A stretch of 64,000 nucleotides of DNA from positions 33,412 through 97,411 of the forward strand of contig JACPTS010000001.1 of NCBI GenBank assembly GCA_016192685.1. The letters run 5' to 3'. Below, piece after piece: positions 48,489 through 58,593 of this stretch (positions are counted from its first letter, which is position 1; every line of letters begins with the position of its first letter). Made by a program: the position numbers and the translations under genes. The DNA is from Candidatus Harrisonbacteria bacterium. Its GTDB lineage: Bacteria; Patescibacteriota; Minisyncoccia; UBA6257; 02-FULL-45-10c. The notes beneath the pieces were generated by a model. It was not told the DNA's origin. It was given only the letters and a program-made list of their open reading frames with translations, and ran no database searches.

Positions 48489-49582
48489 GCAAAAAGTAAA
48501 AATAACAGCGTCAATAAAAGCAAAATCAGCATAAGAAGCGTTATTAAAGCGAACGCCGGCAATAAAGCGGATGATTTTTTATCGCGATTTACCGGAATGC
48601 TGCCGGTATTTTTAATAATTTGCCGAACTCTTTTTCTCACTTGAAAACGGATAAATAAGATTACGCCGATAATCATCGCCAGCAGGGCTCCAAAAACCGG
48701 CAAAATAATATTTAAAGGAACAATCCAAAAAGTTGTCTCATCAGAAAGGCTCTGCCGGCCTTCTTCGCCGTAAGTCAAGCTAAGAATAGCTTTATAATTC
48801 CCAAACAGCAATTTATCGCTTTCCCAAAGAATTCTAAATTCCCGGATAGTTTTAGGGAATACTGAAGCGGATTCTTCATTAACATTTAATGCCGCTTCTT
48901 GCCGGCCAAGAGGGTCAATGATTTCCAAAATACCGTGCGGCCTGACTAAAACATTCCCAAGATTTTCTATTTTGGCGGAAAAATTCACTTTCGGCCGGAT
49001 ATAAATTAATTTATCCAGAGAAAAACCTCTTAACTGCGCTTCTTCAAAAATTTCTCCGGAAACTCTAAAATTAATAATGGTGCCAACTTGATAACCAATG
49101 CCGATGCCGGTTGTTTCCGGACGCTTAGGCGCGAGAGCCACAAAAATTCCTCCGAAATGGCCTCCGGGAGGAGCATTGGGCGGAACAACAATCGCAAAAG
49201 GAATTTCTTTGGTCTGGCCGGCGCCAAGATTTATAGATTTATCAGTTATTTTAATCCAGGAACTTATTTCAAAACCAGTCGGTTCGCCTTCTACGGCAAA
49301 TATCGGGGATCCTTGCTCGGAAAGGGACTTGATATCACGGGTAATTACGTAAAAAGTTTTATTCTCCGAACTTAAATTAGTTACTTTAATTTTAGAATTA
49401 AAAGTTTGGCCCGGGTCAATTCTCTGTTCAATTATTGCCGGCTGGATTTTTACGCCCGAAACCTCTTGCGCCTTTACAAATGAAAATTCTGGCAGGTGAA
49501 AACCTGCCAGAATTAACGCCGCCAGAAAGAAAATCTTAGAAGGTCGGCGTAGCAATATAATTAAGCGCTTGAGTATAATCAT
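48485..49582 (-). CDS. cell-surface protein with signal peptide and C-terminal TM anchor (DUF916-like architecture)
   Basis: 365 aa; WIVPLNIILPVFGALLAMIIGVILFI anchor followed by basic tail. Confidence 0.4.
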   Translation of the reverse strand: MIILKRLIILLRRPSKIFFLAALILAGFHLPEFSFVKAQEVSGVKIQPAIIEQRIDPGQTFNSKIKVTNLSSENKTFYVITRDIKSLSEQGSPIFAVEGEPTGFEISSWIKITDKSINLGAGQTKEIPFAIVVPPNAPPGGHFGGIFVALAPKRPETTGIGIGYQVGTIINFRVSGEIFEEAQLRGFSLDKLIYIRPKVNFSAKIENLGNVLVRPHGILEIIDPLGRQEAALNVNEESASVFPKTIREFRILWESDKLLFGNYKAILSLTYGEEGRQSLSDETTFWIVPLNIILPVFGALLAMIIGVILFIRFQVRKRVRQIIKNTGSIPVNRDKKSSALLPAFALITLLMLILLLLTLLFLLFA

Positions 49583-50705
49583 CGGCTGCTTCTTGTAAGG
49601 TGGAAATTTCTATCTTAAAGCCAATCTTAGTTCTGCCTTTATCAATAGTAGTGCCGTTAGCCGGTCCGGTATGAGCGAATATCTCAATCGGGGCGGACTG
49701 GCTGCCGATTCCGCTGTATAAAGCGGTGCCGAAAGTATCCCCGGCGGTTAAAGTGCTGTCCTCGCTGGTAATACCTTGCCAGCCCCAAGTGTTCTCATCA
49801 TCAATATCAGCTGTCGGCGAAGACCAGGCAACCGCGGTGGAAGTGGCGGTTTGCTGGAAATTATCAATATCCGAACCGTCACCGCTGGTCAAATTCTGGT
49901 CTTTCCAGATAGTTACGGAGAAGCCGTTTTTGGCATTAGTGCTGACGGTCAAATCTTGACGCGCCCGTTTAGCAGTATCAATAGTTAATTCTCCCCAGGG
50001 AATAGCGGTAGCGGTGGTAGTGACATCAGTTGTTCCACCTTCGCCGTTAGCTGTCGTTGTTGCCGAAGCAACACCAGCCACAGTAAAGGTGAAGTTGGTT
50101 GCGACCGTGGCAGTTACCGTAACATCAGGAACAATGGCAACTCGGGTACTCGCGGAATCAGCAGCCGGGGCAGTAATGCTGATAACATAAGAACCGGAAC
50201 TAGGAGGATTTACCAATTGGCTGTCGCCGGTCCCGCCAATTGTGGCATTAGTGCCGATTTTTACCGTAATCGGGGCGCTGGCCGCGACTGCCGCCGTGCC
50301 ATTGCAATGGGTAAAAGTGAAAACATTGCTAGTAGAAGTGGAGGTAATTTCAAAACCGGCGGTAGCGCCTGTTCCCGGACAAGCTCCAGCGGCAAAAAGA
50401 TTGAGGTCAGTGGTGGAAGATGCTATATCATAATCAGTCGCGTCAGTTGTGGAAAAAACCGGGGTGCTGGTCCCCTGAAATTGGTCAGCAAAATCAATTA
50501 CTATCGTTGAGCTCGCGGTAATCGGACTTTTAAGAGTAAATTTAATCGTGTGATTGGCTTTGACTGCCGGCTCAGAATCGCTTAAAGTATCAGAAACTGA
50601 CGTTAATTTGGCCGCCAAAGCGTAATTAACCAATAAAACTAAAGTTAAAGTTACTAAGATAAACAGCCAGTTTTTAGAATATCCCGATACCTTAAACTTA
50701 AACAT
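49536..50705 (-). CDS. secreted Thr/Ser-rich surface protein with WxL-like C-terminal tail
   Basis: N-terminal VSDTLSDSEPAVKANHTIKFT shared with 47396..48241; C-terminal ...DDYTQALNYIATPTF similar to the 53288..54610 C-terminus. Confidence 0.4.
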   Translation of the reverse strand: MFKFKVSGYSKNWLFILVTLTLVLLVNYALAAKLTSVSDTLSDSEPAVKANHTIKFTLKSPITASSTIVIDFADQFQGTSTPVFSTTDATDYDIASSTTDLNLFAAGACPGTGATAGFEITSTSTSNVFTFTHCNGTAAVAASAPITVKIGTNATIGGTGDSQLVNPPSSGSYVISITAPAADSASTRVAIVPDVTVTATVATNFTFTVAGVASATTTANGEGGTTDVTTTATAIPWGELTIDTAKRARQDLTVSTNAKNGFSVTIWKDQNLTSGDGSDIDNFQQTATSTAVAWSSPTADIDDENTWGWQGITSEDSTLTAGDTFGTALYSGIGSQSAPIEIFAHTGPANGTTIDKGRTKIGFKIEISTLQEAADDYTQALNYIATPTF

Positions 50706-50764
50706 ACTTTTATTATAGCAGGTTAAGTTTTAGTCCTAAGAGACGGCTGTGGATAACTTTTTTA

Positions 50765-52390
50765 TTAAGGAATTGCTCCCAACGATTTTAATGCCAATTT
50801 AAAACCATCAAAACTCGCGCTTATTACCAAATATTCATTAAAGAGACCATAATTAAAAGCTGAACCGGGACGGGAACCAATGGCATATCGAGTTTTTATG
50901 CCCAAAACCGATCCGTCTTTAAATTCGCCGAGGGTTTCCGGCGAAATGTAAAATCTTGCGGCATAATTTTCTAAAATCGGCGCGATAACCGGAGCCAAAA
51001 CCTGGGAATCTTTGATTTTCGCGACATAACCGGGCCAAGAGCCGTTGGCGTCATAATATCGGAAAGCGGTAAAATCATCATTAAAAGTTTGGCTCAAAAA
51101 ATCTTTATCAAAAACCGGCAAAAACCGCCGGAATAATTCCGGTAAAGACATTTGCCCGCCGTCTTCTTTTAAAATTTCCACTTCATTAAAACGATTGTCA
51201 GTTTCCGACGCGGAAAGGAAATAAGTTTGGTGGATTATTGAAGCGGTTTGTTTTAGCGCCAATTCCGGAGCGCCAACAAATAATGATTTGCGCGATTCTA
51301 CCGCGTATCTTACTCCTGCGCCGGCGCTGACCGACAATAAGCCAATTACCATTATTATCATTAATGGATTCCAAGCGGAAATCACGGGAACTGGCTGATA
51401 ATTTTTCACCGGAGGCAAATCGGAAACAGGAAATTCTCCTTCCATAACTTTATGGACATAAGCCCTAATGGTTTTTCCGGCAAAAAATAAGAAAAGCGGC
51501 AATAAAAATAAAAGGCTTATAATTCCAAAAATAAAATTAATCGGCATTATCCAAAAATAAGTTTCCTTAACGATATTTTGAGCCGGATTCCCAAAAGTTA
51601 AAACTGCCGCCGCTTTGTATCTTCCCATTCCGCTTCCGGATTTTTCCCTCTCCCAATTAAAAATAAATTCACGGCTTTTACCCGGTAAAACCGCTAACGC
51701 TTCAGCCGATAAAATAATATCCCCTTTTTCTTCGCCTTGATAATTAAAAATTTTAATTTTACCCGATGGATTTAAATTTACATTGCCGGTATTTTCAAAA
51801 TTAAGCGAAAATTTGACTTTCAACTCACGGTAAAAATTATTTTCCGCGATAAAAGATTTAATGGCGCCGCCAACCCGTTTTTCTCCGCTGACCCGCACCG
51901 ATAAAATTGAAGAAATAAATCCGGCGGATTTTAATTCTTGAGTTTTTCCGCTTAACGGCTGGGTGCCGATAAGAATCGCGGCCGCGTGGCTACCCGGCGG
52001 AGCGTCAGCCGGCAATTGCAAAGAAAATGGCAGAAATACGCTTTGCTTCCCCAATATCGTTACTGCGTTATCCTTGAATTTTACCCATTTAGCCAGCGAA
52101 TGTCCGTAAATTTCCGAATCCTCATTTAAAATCGGAACCGATTTATCGCTTAAATTAACGGCTGAAACATAAACCGTCAGGTCAGTTGAATTATTGTTGA
52201 AGATTTTTAACCCGCTGTTCCAATTTTCTCCGGGACTAAGATTAATTTCCAATAAAGAAGGCGTAACCGTAAAAGCAATCGATTCGCTTCCAAGAGTTAA
52301 AGAGACGGAAAAAATTCCAAGCAAAGCTGCGAAAATAACTATTTCATTTATTTTAAAAATAAATAGATTGTTAAAATTGTCATGGCGCAT
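50765..52390 (-). CDS. surface/membrane protein (541 aa) with extracellular domain, central TM and C-terminal domain
   Basis: signal peptide; WIMPINFIFGIISLLFLLPLFLFFAG TM. Confidence 0.4.
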   Translation of the reverse strand: MRHDNFNNLFIFKINEIVIFAALLGIFSVSLTLGSESIAFTVTPSLLEINLSPGENWNSGLKIFNNNSTDLTVYVSAVNLSDKSVPILNEDSEIYGHSLAKWVKFKDNAVTILGKQSVFLPFSLQLPADAPPGSHAAAILIGTQPLSGKTQELKSAGFISSILSVRVSGEKRVGGAIKSFIAENNFYRELKVKFSLNFENTGNVNLNPSGKIKIFNYQGEEKGDIILSAEALAVLPGKSREFIFNWEREKSGSGMGRYKAAAVLTFGNPAQNIVKETYFWIMPINFIFGIISLLFLLPLFLFFAGKTIRAYVHKVMEGEFPVSDLPPVKNYQPVPVISAWNPLMIIMVIGLLSVSAGAGVRYAVESRKSLFVGAPELALKQTASIIHQTYFLSASETDNRFNEVEILKEDGGQMSLPELFRRFLPVFDKDFLSQTFNDDFTAFRYYDANGSWPGYVAKIKDSQVLAPVIAPILENYAARFYISPETLGEFKDGSVLGIKTRYAIGSRPGSAFNYGLFNEYLVISASFDGFKLALKSLGAIP

Positions 52391-53355
52391 ATAATTAAAA
52401 TTAATCCCGCCAAGATCGGCCGGGAAATTACCCAGAAAAAAGCCGTATCTTGAACCACTTGTCCGTTTTCGGATTTCAAAGATAAAATCGCTTTATATCT
52501 TCCGAAATCTTTATTAAATTCCGACAAATTTGCCAGAGCGCCAGCCAAGTCTGACTTGGCGCCGCCGAAATTCCTTGATTCCCGATGGGGAGAAACCGCC
52601 AACTGACCGCTGAATTTTTCCGCGTTTATTTCGCTAATCGGCACCAATCCCGCTTCTTCGCCTCTCCGATTAAAAATCATCAGCTCTCCCTTGAGTTTTA
52701 TCGGCTTAACTCCGCTATTTTCCAATTCATAAGTAAAAGAAACCGGAAATCCCAATGAAAAAGTTTTATCGGCCGCGAACTTTTTTAAACGCAAAAATTC
52801 ATCATTCTTTTCCGCGATTTCCACATTGACCAAAACCTCCGGCCCGGCCATTCTTTTTTCCGCTTCTATTCTATCCGATCCTTCATAAAAAGCAATGCTG
52901 GCGTGATAAATTCCCGGCACTGCTCTTGGCCCCGCTTTAATCAAAAAATCAATGCTTTTTTTCTCTCCCGGCAGAAGCTGAATCACTCCCCTGTTAATTT
53001 CAATCCAATTTGCTAGTGATTTGGTGAGGTCCGCCTGCGCCGGGCCGTAAAATTCCTGCTCTCCTTCTTTTGTGTCTAAATTATGCACGGTGGCATAAAT
53101 ATTTGTTTTATAATTTGCATCGTTAGTTAAAATTATGGTTTCCTCAAAAATTTCTCTTGGATTTCCTTTCTCGTCTATAATTGCCGGTTCAATTTTTAAA
53201 TAGCCGGCATGAATATTGGCAAAAACTAAAAACAATCCGGCAACAATAAGAACCAATCTTAAATTAATTTTTAATGGATTAAACATTTTAAAAAACCGGA
53301 ACAATAATATACCCGACACTGCTTTGATAATCCTCCGGCGGCTGTTCCGGCCCAA
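52348..53355 (-). CDS. cell-surface protein with C-terminal TM anchor (paralogous architecture to 48485..49582)
   Basis: 335 aa; WVISRPILAGLILIICAMTILTIYLFLK. Confidence 0.4.
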   Translation of the reverse strand: MGRNSRRRIIKAVSGILLFRFFKMFNPLKINLRLVLIVAGLFLVFANIHAGYLKIEPAIIDEKGNPREIFEETIILTNDANYKTNIYATVHNLDTKEGEQEFYGPAQADLTKSLANWIEINRGVIQLLPGEKKSIDFLIKAGPRAVPGIYHASIAFYEGSDRIEAEKRMAGPEVLVNVEIAEKNDEFLRLKKFAADKTFSLGFPVSFTYELENSGVKPIKLKGELMIFNRRGEEAGLVPISEINAEKFSGQLAVSPHRESRNFGGAKSDLAGALANLSEFNKDFGRYKAILSLKSENGQVVQDTAFFWVISRPILAGLILIICAMTILTIYLFLK

Positions 53356-54610
53356 TCTGGGCTTTAAAAATTATATCCACTGATTCATTGGCTACCGGGG
53401 TAGGGCTAAAAGCCGTTTCTTTTGGGGAATTTTCCAGCTTGGCATAAGTATCATTGGCGGCAAAACGGCCGGCATTTCCAGAAAGGGTGTCGTCTCCGGA
53501 ATGATAACCATAACATCCCATATCCAATACCGGACAAGCAGCCGACCAATTTAAAGGAGTTTCATTAGTGCTATTAATCGGCGCGATTTCCGAACCACCG
53601 TCTCCTAATAATCCTTGTCTTTGAAATATAAAAATCCGGTAGCCATCCGTCCCATTAGTGGTAACGGTTAATCTTTGCGCCACTTCCGTCTCTAATCCTG
53701 GATTTAATGAACTAAAAGAAATATTTAACGGCGTGGTTGCCGCGTCGGTAATTATGCCTTCAGTCGCAGTTCCGGAAGGCAAACCGCTGATTGAAAAAGT
53801 TAGTTTTGCCGCTTCTGTTGCCAGACTGGGATAAGATGCGCCGGGCTTAAGTACAACCGGTTTATTATTTCCAAGATCAAAAACCCGGAAAAAATACACG
53901 GCATTGGCCCTTGCTCCGGCATGTTTAACGGTAAATTCATATTCCGAAGCCGCATTCCTGATATATATAAAGGTAGAAGTACTGGACCCAAATTCATTAT
54001 GAGTGCCGCAGCCATTTCCTATTCCGCTAAGACAAGAATCGGCATCAGATAAAGTTTTATTTTGAATTAAAGCATTATCTGATCCGGCGCCGTCCGCGTA
54101 ACACCAAAGCGAATTATCCGCGCAATCCGACGTTTCCACCACATCCTGGACATCGCGGGAAAAATCCGAATACTCGGAAAACTGAAGTCGGAATTTAGTA
54201 TTTTTATTTCCTATGCCGCCTAATTCCTTAATAGTTAAACGGAGTTTTATAATATTTTGATTTACGATATTAATAGGCGCGGCATTTTCATTCGCGAGCG
54301 CGACACCGGGAGTTTCATTGGTTTCATCGTCATACCAGCGCCAGTTTTGGCTGGCCGGAGTAAAATCGTTGAAATATAAAAATCCGGATAATACTACGAA
54401 ATTTGTGCTGGTTGATTCTCCGAGAGCGTTTTGGCCGCCGACAATTCCCTGCTGAAAACTGCTGGAGGTGGCAACTCCGCCAAATACGTCAATAACCGGA
54501 TCCCGAAAAATAAAATTCGGGCTGGTAAAATCCGCGGCAAAAACTAAAGCCGCGGAAAATAAAATCGCCGGTAAAATTAGATTAATTAGAATTTTGAGTC
54601 GTAGTTGCAT
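53288..54610 (-). CDS. secreted surface protein with WxL-like C-terminal tail
   Basis: signal peptide; C-terminal ...DYQSSVGYIIVPVF. Confidence 0.4.
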   Translation of the reverse strand: MQLRLKILINLILPAILFSAALVFAADFTSPNFIFRDPVIDVFGGVATSSSFQQGIVGGQNALGESTSTNFVVLSGFLYFNDFTPASQNWRWYDDETNETPGVALANENAAPINIVNQNIIKLRLTIKELGGIGNKNTKFRLQFSEYSDFSRDVQDVVETSDCADNSLWCYADGAGSDNALIQNKTLSDADSCLSGIGNGCGTHNEFGSSTSTFIYIRNAASEYEFTVKHAGARANAVYFFRVFDLGNNKPVVLKPGASYPSLATEAAKLTFSISGLPSGTATEGIITDAATTPLNISFSSLNPGLETEVAQRLTVTTNGTDGYRIFIFQRQGLLGDGGSEIAPINSTNETPLNWSAACPVLDMGCYGYHSGDDTLSGNAGRFAANDTYAKLENSPKETAFSPTPVANESVDIIFKAQIGPEQPPEDYQSSVGYIIVPVF

Positions 54611-56969
54611 TTTTATTAATTACAAAATTCGTTGTTGTTGAATTACTGACTGAAATATTTTCGCAGGTTCCCAAAACTTTTTTCCATTCTCCATTTTCCA
54701 GCCAAGTGCAATAAAATTCATTGGTAGCTTGGTCACGCAATTGAATTTTTTCTGAAATATCCAAATTCTGGATTCGCGCTGATTTGATAATCGCTTTTTC
54801 CGCGATAAATTCCTGAAACTTAGCAATTCCATTTTCAATAAATAAACCGAGTGAATTTAATGTCTGTCTTATTATGTCGCCTAGACCGCTGTCTGGCACT
54901 TCCGCGGTTTGAATTTCGCTAATAGGATTATCTTCGCTTGTCGTTGCCATTTCTCCGCTTGTTCCCTCCGGCGGGTCGTCAATCCAAACCTTAATAGATT
55001 CTACGTCCAGATTTTTTACCGCATCGGCGGTTGTTATTAAAGCGTTACCGACTGAAAATCCTAAATCGGCAGTAGGAATATTTAAACTGATTGTAGCAAC
55101 TAAAACGCCGCCAATAAAAAAGCGGGTGTTAACGCTGCCATTTATTTCAACGCGAAGTTCCTGAAAATTCGCGGTAGAAATCGCAACACCGGTATCAACA
55201 ACTGAACCAACTTCTGAACCGCCGGCGCGGTTTACCGCTATCCAATTTGACGAAGCAGGTGTGGCGCGAAAATATACTCCGTTGGTATCGGCCGCTATAT
55301 CGCCGTTTAACGCCCTGACAGCAAACCCCGCTTCAATTCGGTGATTGGTCAAAGTTAGCGGCATTACCCTTGCTTCCATTACCGGATTATTATCCCTGTT
55401 CATCGGCAACGGGCCGCCAGACCCCAAAATCGCCCCCTCCCCAACCGCTAAACTTCCGGCAGTGCTTGCCCGGAGCCGAATCGCGGAACTACCGGCAACT
55501 TTTGCTATAACTGCTCCGTCAGCGTCTTCGTCAAAAACTAATCCGCAAATATCGGCTGTATCAGCGACTATAACGGCTAATGGAGCGCAGGTTGCCAGCC
55601 ATTCTCTTTGATAACCCCGCCAGGAACTGTTAATCCGGCCATAAACATAAAGCTGGTCCTCCTTAGTTGGCCCGCCGACTGTTACTCTGGAAAAATCAAG
55701 ATTGCCGATTCCGCTTTGCGTAATTGAAAAAAGAGTGGCGGTTGAAGAACCAACCACAAAAGCCGGCCCGTTTATTCCGTCAGGATTCACCGAAAGAAGC
55801 CCCAGAGGGGAAGTGGTGCCAATGCCCACGTTGCCATTATTAAAAATAATCTTATCATCTTGGAACTCGGCAGCTGTTACTTCCCCGGATGGACCGGCAG
55901 TGCCGGTGTTAGCCCGAATTTGAACAACGCCATTTGATGTCCTGTTGGCCAATGCTACAATGTCACTTCCCGGGAAGATAAGGCCGAACCTTCTCTTGCT
56001 GGCTGAATCAAGATATTGTATTCCCTCGCTTGCGCCGCCAGCAGTGCCAATAAAGGATATGATAGACCCTGCCCCGCCAATACCGACTTTCGTCCCCGGA
56101 TCCGCCGTCCCGATGCCGATGTCGCCGCTTCCCTGCTGAACCACAAACTGCGACGCTCCAACCGTAAACCCCTGGCCGCTGGCGATAGTAGAAGTTCCGG
56201 AAGCGCCGATTAAAGATAAATTACCGGTAGCCGTGATATCCGCCACCGAAGTGATATTTCCCAAAAACAAAGCATTTCCATGCACGGAAAGCAATTGAGA
56301 AGGAGAAGTGGTGCCAATACCGACAAATCCGCTTAAAGGATTTAAAAGCAGATTTCCGCTAAGAGCATTTCCCTGAATCGTTAACGAATTTGAGGAAGTG
56401 GCGTTAATCTGCGGCGTCAATGCTCCTAAAAACAAATTTCCGCCGGTTAAAACCGGAATCTGATTTCCGCTTGCCGACGGCGCGGCATGAAAACCATCCA
56501 AAGTATCGGAATTAATTGAATAGCCGGACGAAACAACGCGCTGCCGTGGAGATAAATTTTCAAAAACTTCCGCCCCGTCGCCCGGCGCGCAAGTCACGCC
56601 GACTTTTTGGGCAACTTCCGTATTTACGTATATTTCATCCTGCGATTGGAAATCAAAATCTAAAATATCTCCTCCGCTTAAAGTATCGCCTATTCCGGCA
56701 TCAAAAACGCCATTTTTAACTAAAACTGTCATTGTTGATGGAGCGCCAGCCGGCCAAAGTTTATTATCCGGAGCCCCGACTGCCGCGTCATCATAAAAAG
56801 AAAATTTAAAACAAAATTCTGTTCCGGATTCGCCCAGCAAAATCCCAGAAGCGTCCAGCAATCTTCCTTGGTAATTTAAAATTCTGGGGACGCCGGCTGC
56901 GGCAAAAATTTTAGTACCGGCAATTAATCCCAGCGCCACCATTAAAATTTTTAGAAACGTCTTCTTCAT
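54582..56969 (-). CDS. large secreted fibre-like protein (795 aa) with repeated G(N/D)(V/I)GIGT(T/A)xP motifs
   Basis: signal peptide; GFVGIGTTSPSQLL, GDIGIGTADPGTKV, GNVGIGTTSPLGLL; same motif as in paralogues 27714..28316 / 28489..28989. Confidence 0.5.
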   Translation of the reverse strand: MKKTFLKILMVALGLIAGTKIFAAAGVPRILNYQGRLLDASGILLGESGTEFCFKFSFYDDAAVGAPDNKLWPAGAPSTMTVLVKNGVFDAGIGDTLSGGDILDFDFQSQDEIYVNTEVAQKVGVTCAPGDGAEVFENLSPRQRVVSSGYSINSDTLDGFHAAPSASGNQIPVLTGGNLFLGALTPQINATSSNSLTIQGNALSGNLLLNPLSGFVGIGTTSPSQLLSVHGNALFLGNITSVADITATGNLSLIGASGTSTIASGQGFTVGASQFVVQQGSGDIGIGTADPGTKVGIGGAGSIISFIGTAGGASEGIQYLDSASKRRFGLIFPGSDIVALANRTSNGVVQIRANTGTAGPSGEVTAAEFQDDKIIFNNGNVGIGTTSPLGLLSVNPDGINGPAFVVGSSTATLFSITQSGIGNLDFSRVTVGGPTKEDQLYVYGRINSSWRGYQREWLATCAPLAVIVADTADICGLVFDEDADGAVIAKVAGSSAIRLRASTAGSLAVGEGAILGSGGPLPMNRDNNPVMEARVMPLTLTNHRIEAGFAVRALNGDIAADTNGVYFRATPASSNWIAVNRAGGSEVGSVVDTGVAISTANFQELRVEINGSVNTRFFIGGVLVATISLNIPTADLGFSVGNALITTADAVKNLDVESIKVWIDDPPEGTSGEMATTSEDNPISEIQTAEVPDSGLGDIIRQTLNSLGLFIENGIAKFQEFIAEKAIIKSARIQNLDISEKIQLRDQATNEFYCTWLENGEWKKVLGTCENISVSNSTTTNFVINKNATTTQNSN

Positions 56970-57087
56970 AAAAATTGAACATAAAAAAAATCCCCCCGAA
57001 TCCGGTAGGCCGTAGAACTACCTAAATCTCCTTATTATATTTAATATAACGAAAAATTCATTGGAATAAAATGATTGTAAAAAAAAT

Positions 57088-57300
57088 CTAAAATTTATAA
57101 TTTTCAACTAATATCTCGGGCACTTTTTCTCCGGATTTTAAAATTATTTTTATTAAAAGAAGTTTTTTGCAATGCTGGCAATACATTACAAAAGAAATGC
57201 CCGAACCTTCTTGACTGGGCTCCAAACTTTTTATAATAACTCCTCTGCAATTCGGGCAATGAACTATCGCCCCATCGCCTTTGTGAACATATTTATCCAT
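57088..57300 (-). CDS. zinc-ribbon small protein (70 aa)
   Basis: CPNC ... CQHC. Confidence 0.35.
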   Translation of the reverse strand: MDKYVHKGDGAIVHCPNCRGVIIKSLEPSQEGSGISFVMYCQHCKKLLLIKIILKSGEKVPEILVENYKF

Positions 57301-57331
57301 ACAATTTTATCCATACAATTTAATATACCAT

Positions 57332-58591
57332 TTAAATTTCAAAATATCCCTGAAGCAAATACTCTTTAGAAAATTTTTCCAGTTCTTCGCGATTGAAATA
57401 TTCCGTAAAAATTTTGTTCCAAAGCGCTTCCTGATGGTGATAAAGATATTTAATAAGCTCTTTTTGCTTCACCAAGCTCATAACCGTATCCACTAAATCA
57501 AAACTAACCAATATGTCGTTCCCGACCTCATCCTTAAAATAATCGCCTACCCAGCCTAAATTATGCCAAAACTCCAATTCCTTATTTAATTGGGGATATA
57601 AGCCGCTTAATTTAATTAAATCTTCTTCGGCTTTTAACCAATGCAGGGCTTCCGGATTGATCCGGGGGACAAAAAGCCGCCAATCATTTTCATCATCTTT
57701 GGCAAGGTAACGCTGGACCACCAAAAAAAGCGCCCGTTCATTTTCCGGCAGATGCCGCTCCATCACATCGCCGCGCAAAAGAGAGATTAAATTTTCCGAA
57801 AAAGTTTCCGGCACTTCCGCGATTTTCTTAAAAATATCGGAATAAAACGGCACCTCGTGCAAGTAATGCGCCACCAAACTCATCATCCGCAAAAGTTCTC
57901 CGGATATTCCAAGCGAAATCGGAATAACAAAGACCACTCCCAATTCCTTAAGGTGGCTGATATTATGCCACTTTTTCATCACGAATTTCTTCGTTATCTC
58001 ATTCCATTTTTCACTCAAAGCATGGACTACAATCTTCCTTTTTTCAAAATCATCCGGCGTCAAATCTTCATATTGCTTAAAAAACACGTCATTTAACCAC
58101 TCATTTCCCTCAAGAAAACGGAGAGCGCTATAAACTTCCAAAAGATTTTCTTTCGCAAGCATCTCATCAATAGAGCTATATCCTAAAAATTCCATCACTT
58201 TTTTCGGCGGTTCTTTTTTTAATAATTGCTTCGCGACTTCCTGTTTTAAAAAGAAACCGTGATTTATTTCCGCAACTTTTTTTATCGTTTCCAGAATATT
58301 ACGGCAGTCCTTTTGGCTATTGCAGACTCTGCCGCCAAGGGCATTAAAAATTAAATTATCATCGGCTTCTATCTTAGAAATTAAGGCGTCATATACCTCC
58401 TTAGCGGTGGCAGCGCGGGAAATTCCGAGAGTCAACAAAACTTCTTTAACCTTAGTTTCGTTTTCTTCGGCTATTTTTTCAAAAATGCCGCTTTTTCCGG
58501 TTACATGATTTAATCGGTCTTCAATTTTATAAAGAGCGTTTTTGTCTGCCCTCAATATTTTTGCCAATTTATCGGTTGCCAGTCTTTCCAT
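57332..58591 (-). CDS. hypothetical protein (419 aa)
   Basis: long clean ORF, no motif recognised. Confidence 0.45.
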   Translation of the reverse strand: MERLATDKLAKILRADKNALYKIEDRLNHVTGKSGIFEKIAEENETKVKEVLLTLGISRAATAKEVYDALISKIEADDNLIFNALGGRVCNSQKDCRNILETIKKVAEINHGFFLKQEVAKQLLKKEPPKKVMEFLGYSSIDEMLAKENLLEVYSALRFLEGNEWLNDVFFKQYEDLTPDDFEKRKIVVHALSEKWNEITKKFVMKKWHNISHLKELGVVFVIPISLGISGELLRMMSLVAHYLHEVPFYSDIFKKIAEVPETFSENLISLLRGDVMERHLPENERALFLVVQRYLAKDDENDWRLFVPRINPEALHWLKAEEDLIKLSGLYPQLNKELEFWHNLGWVGDYFKDEVGNDILVSFDLVDTVMSLVKQKELIKYLYHHQEALWNKIFTEYFNREELEKFSKEYLLQGYFEI

Positions 58592-58593
58592 AT

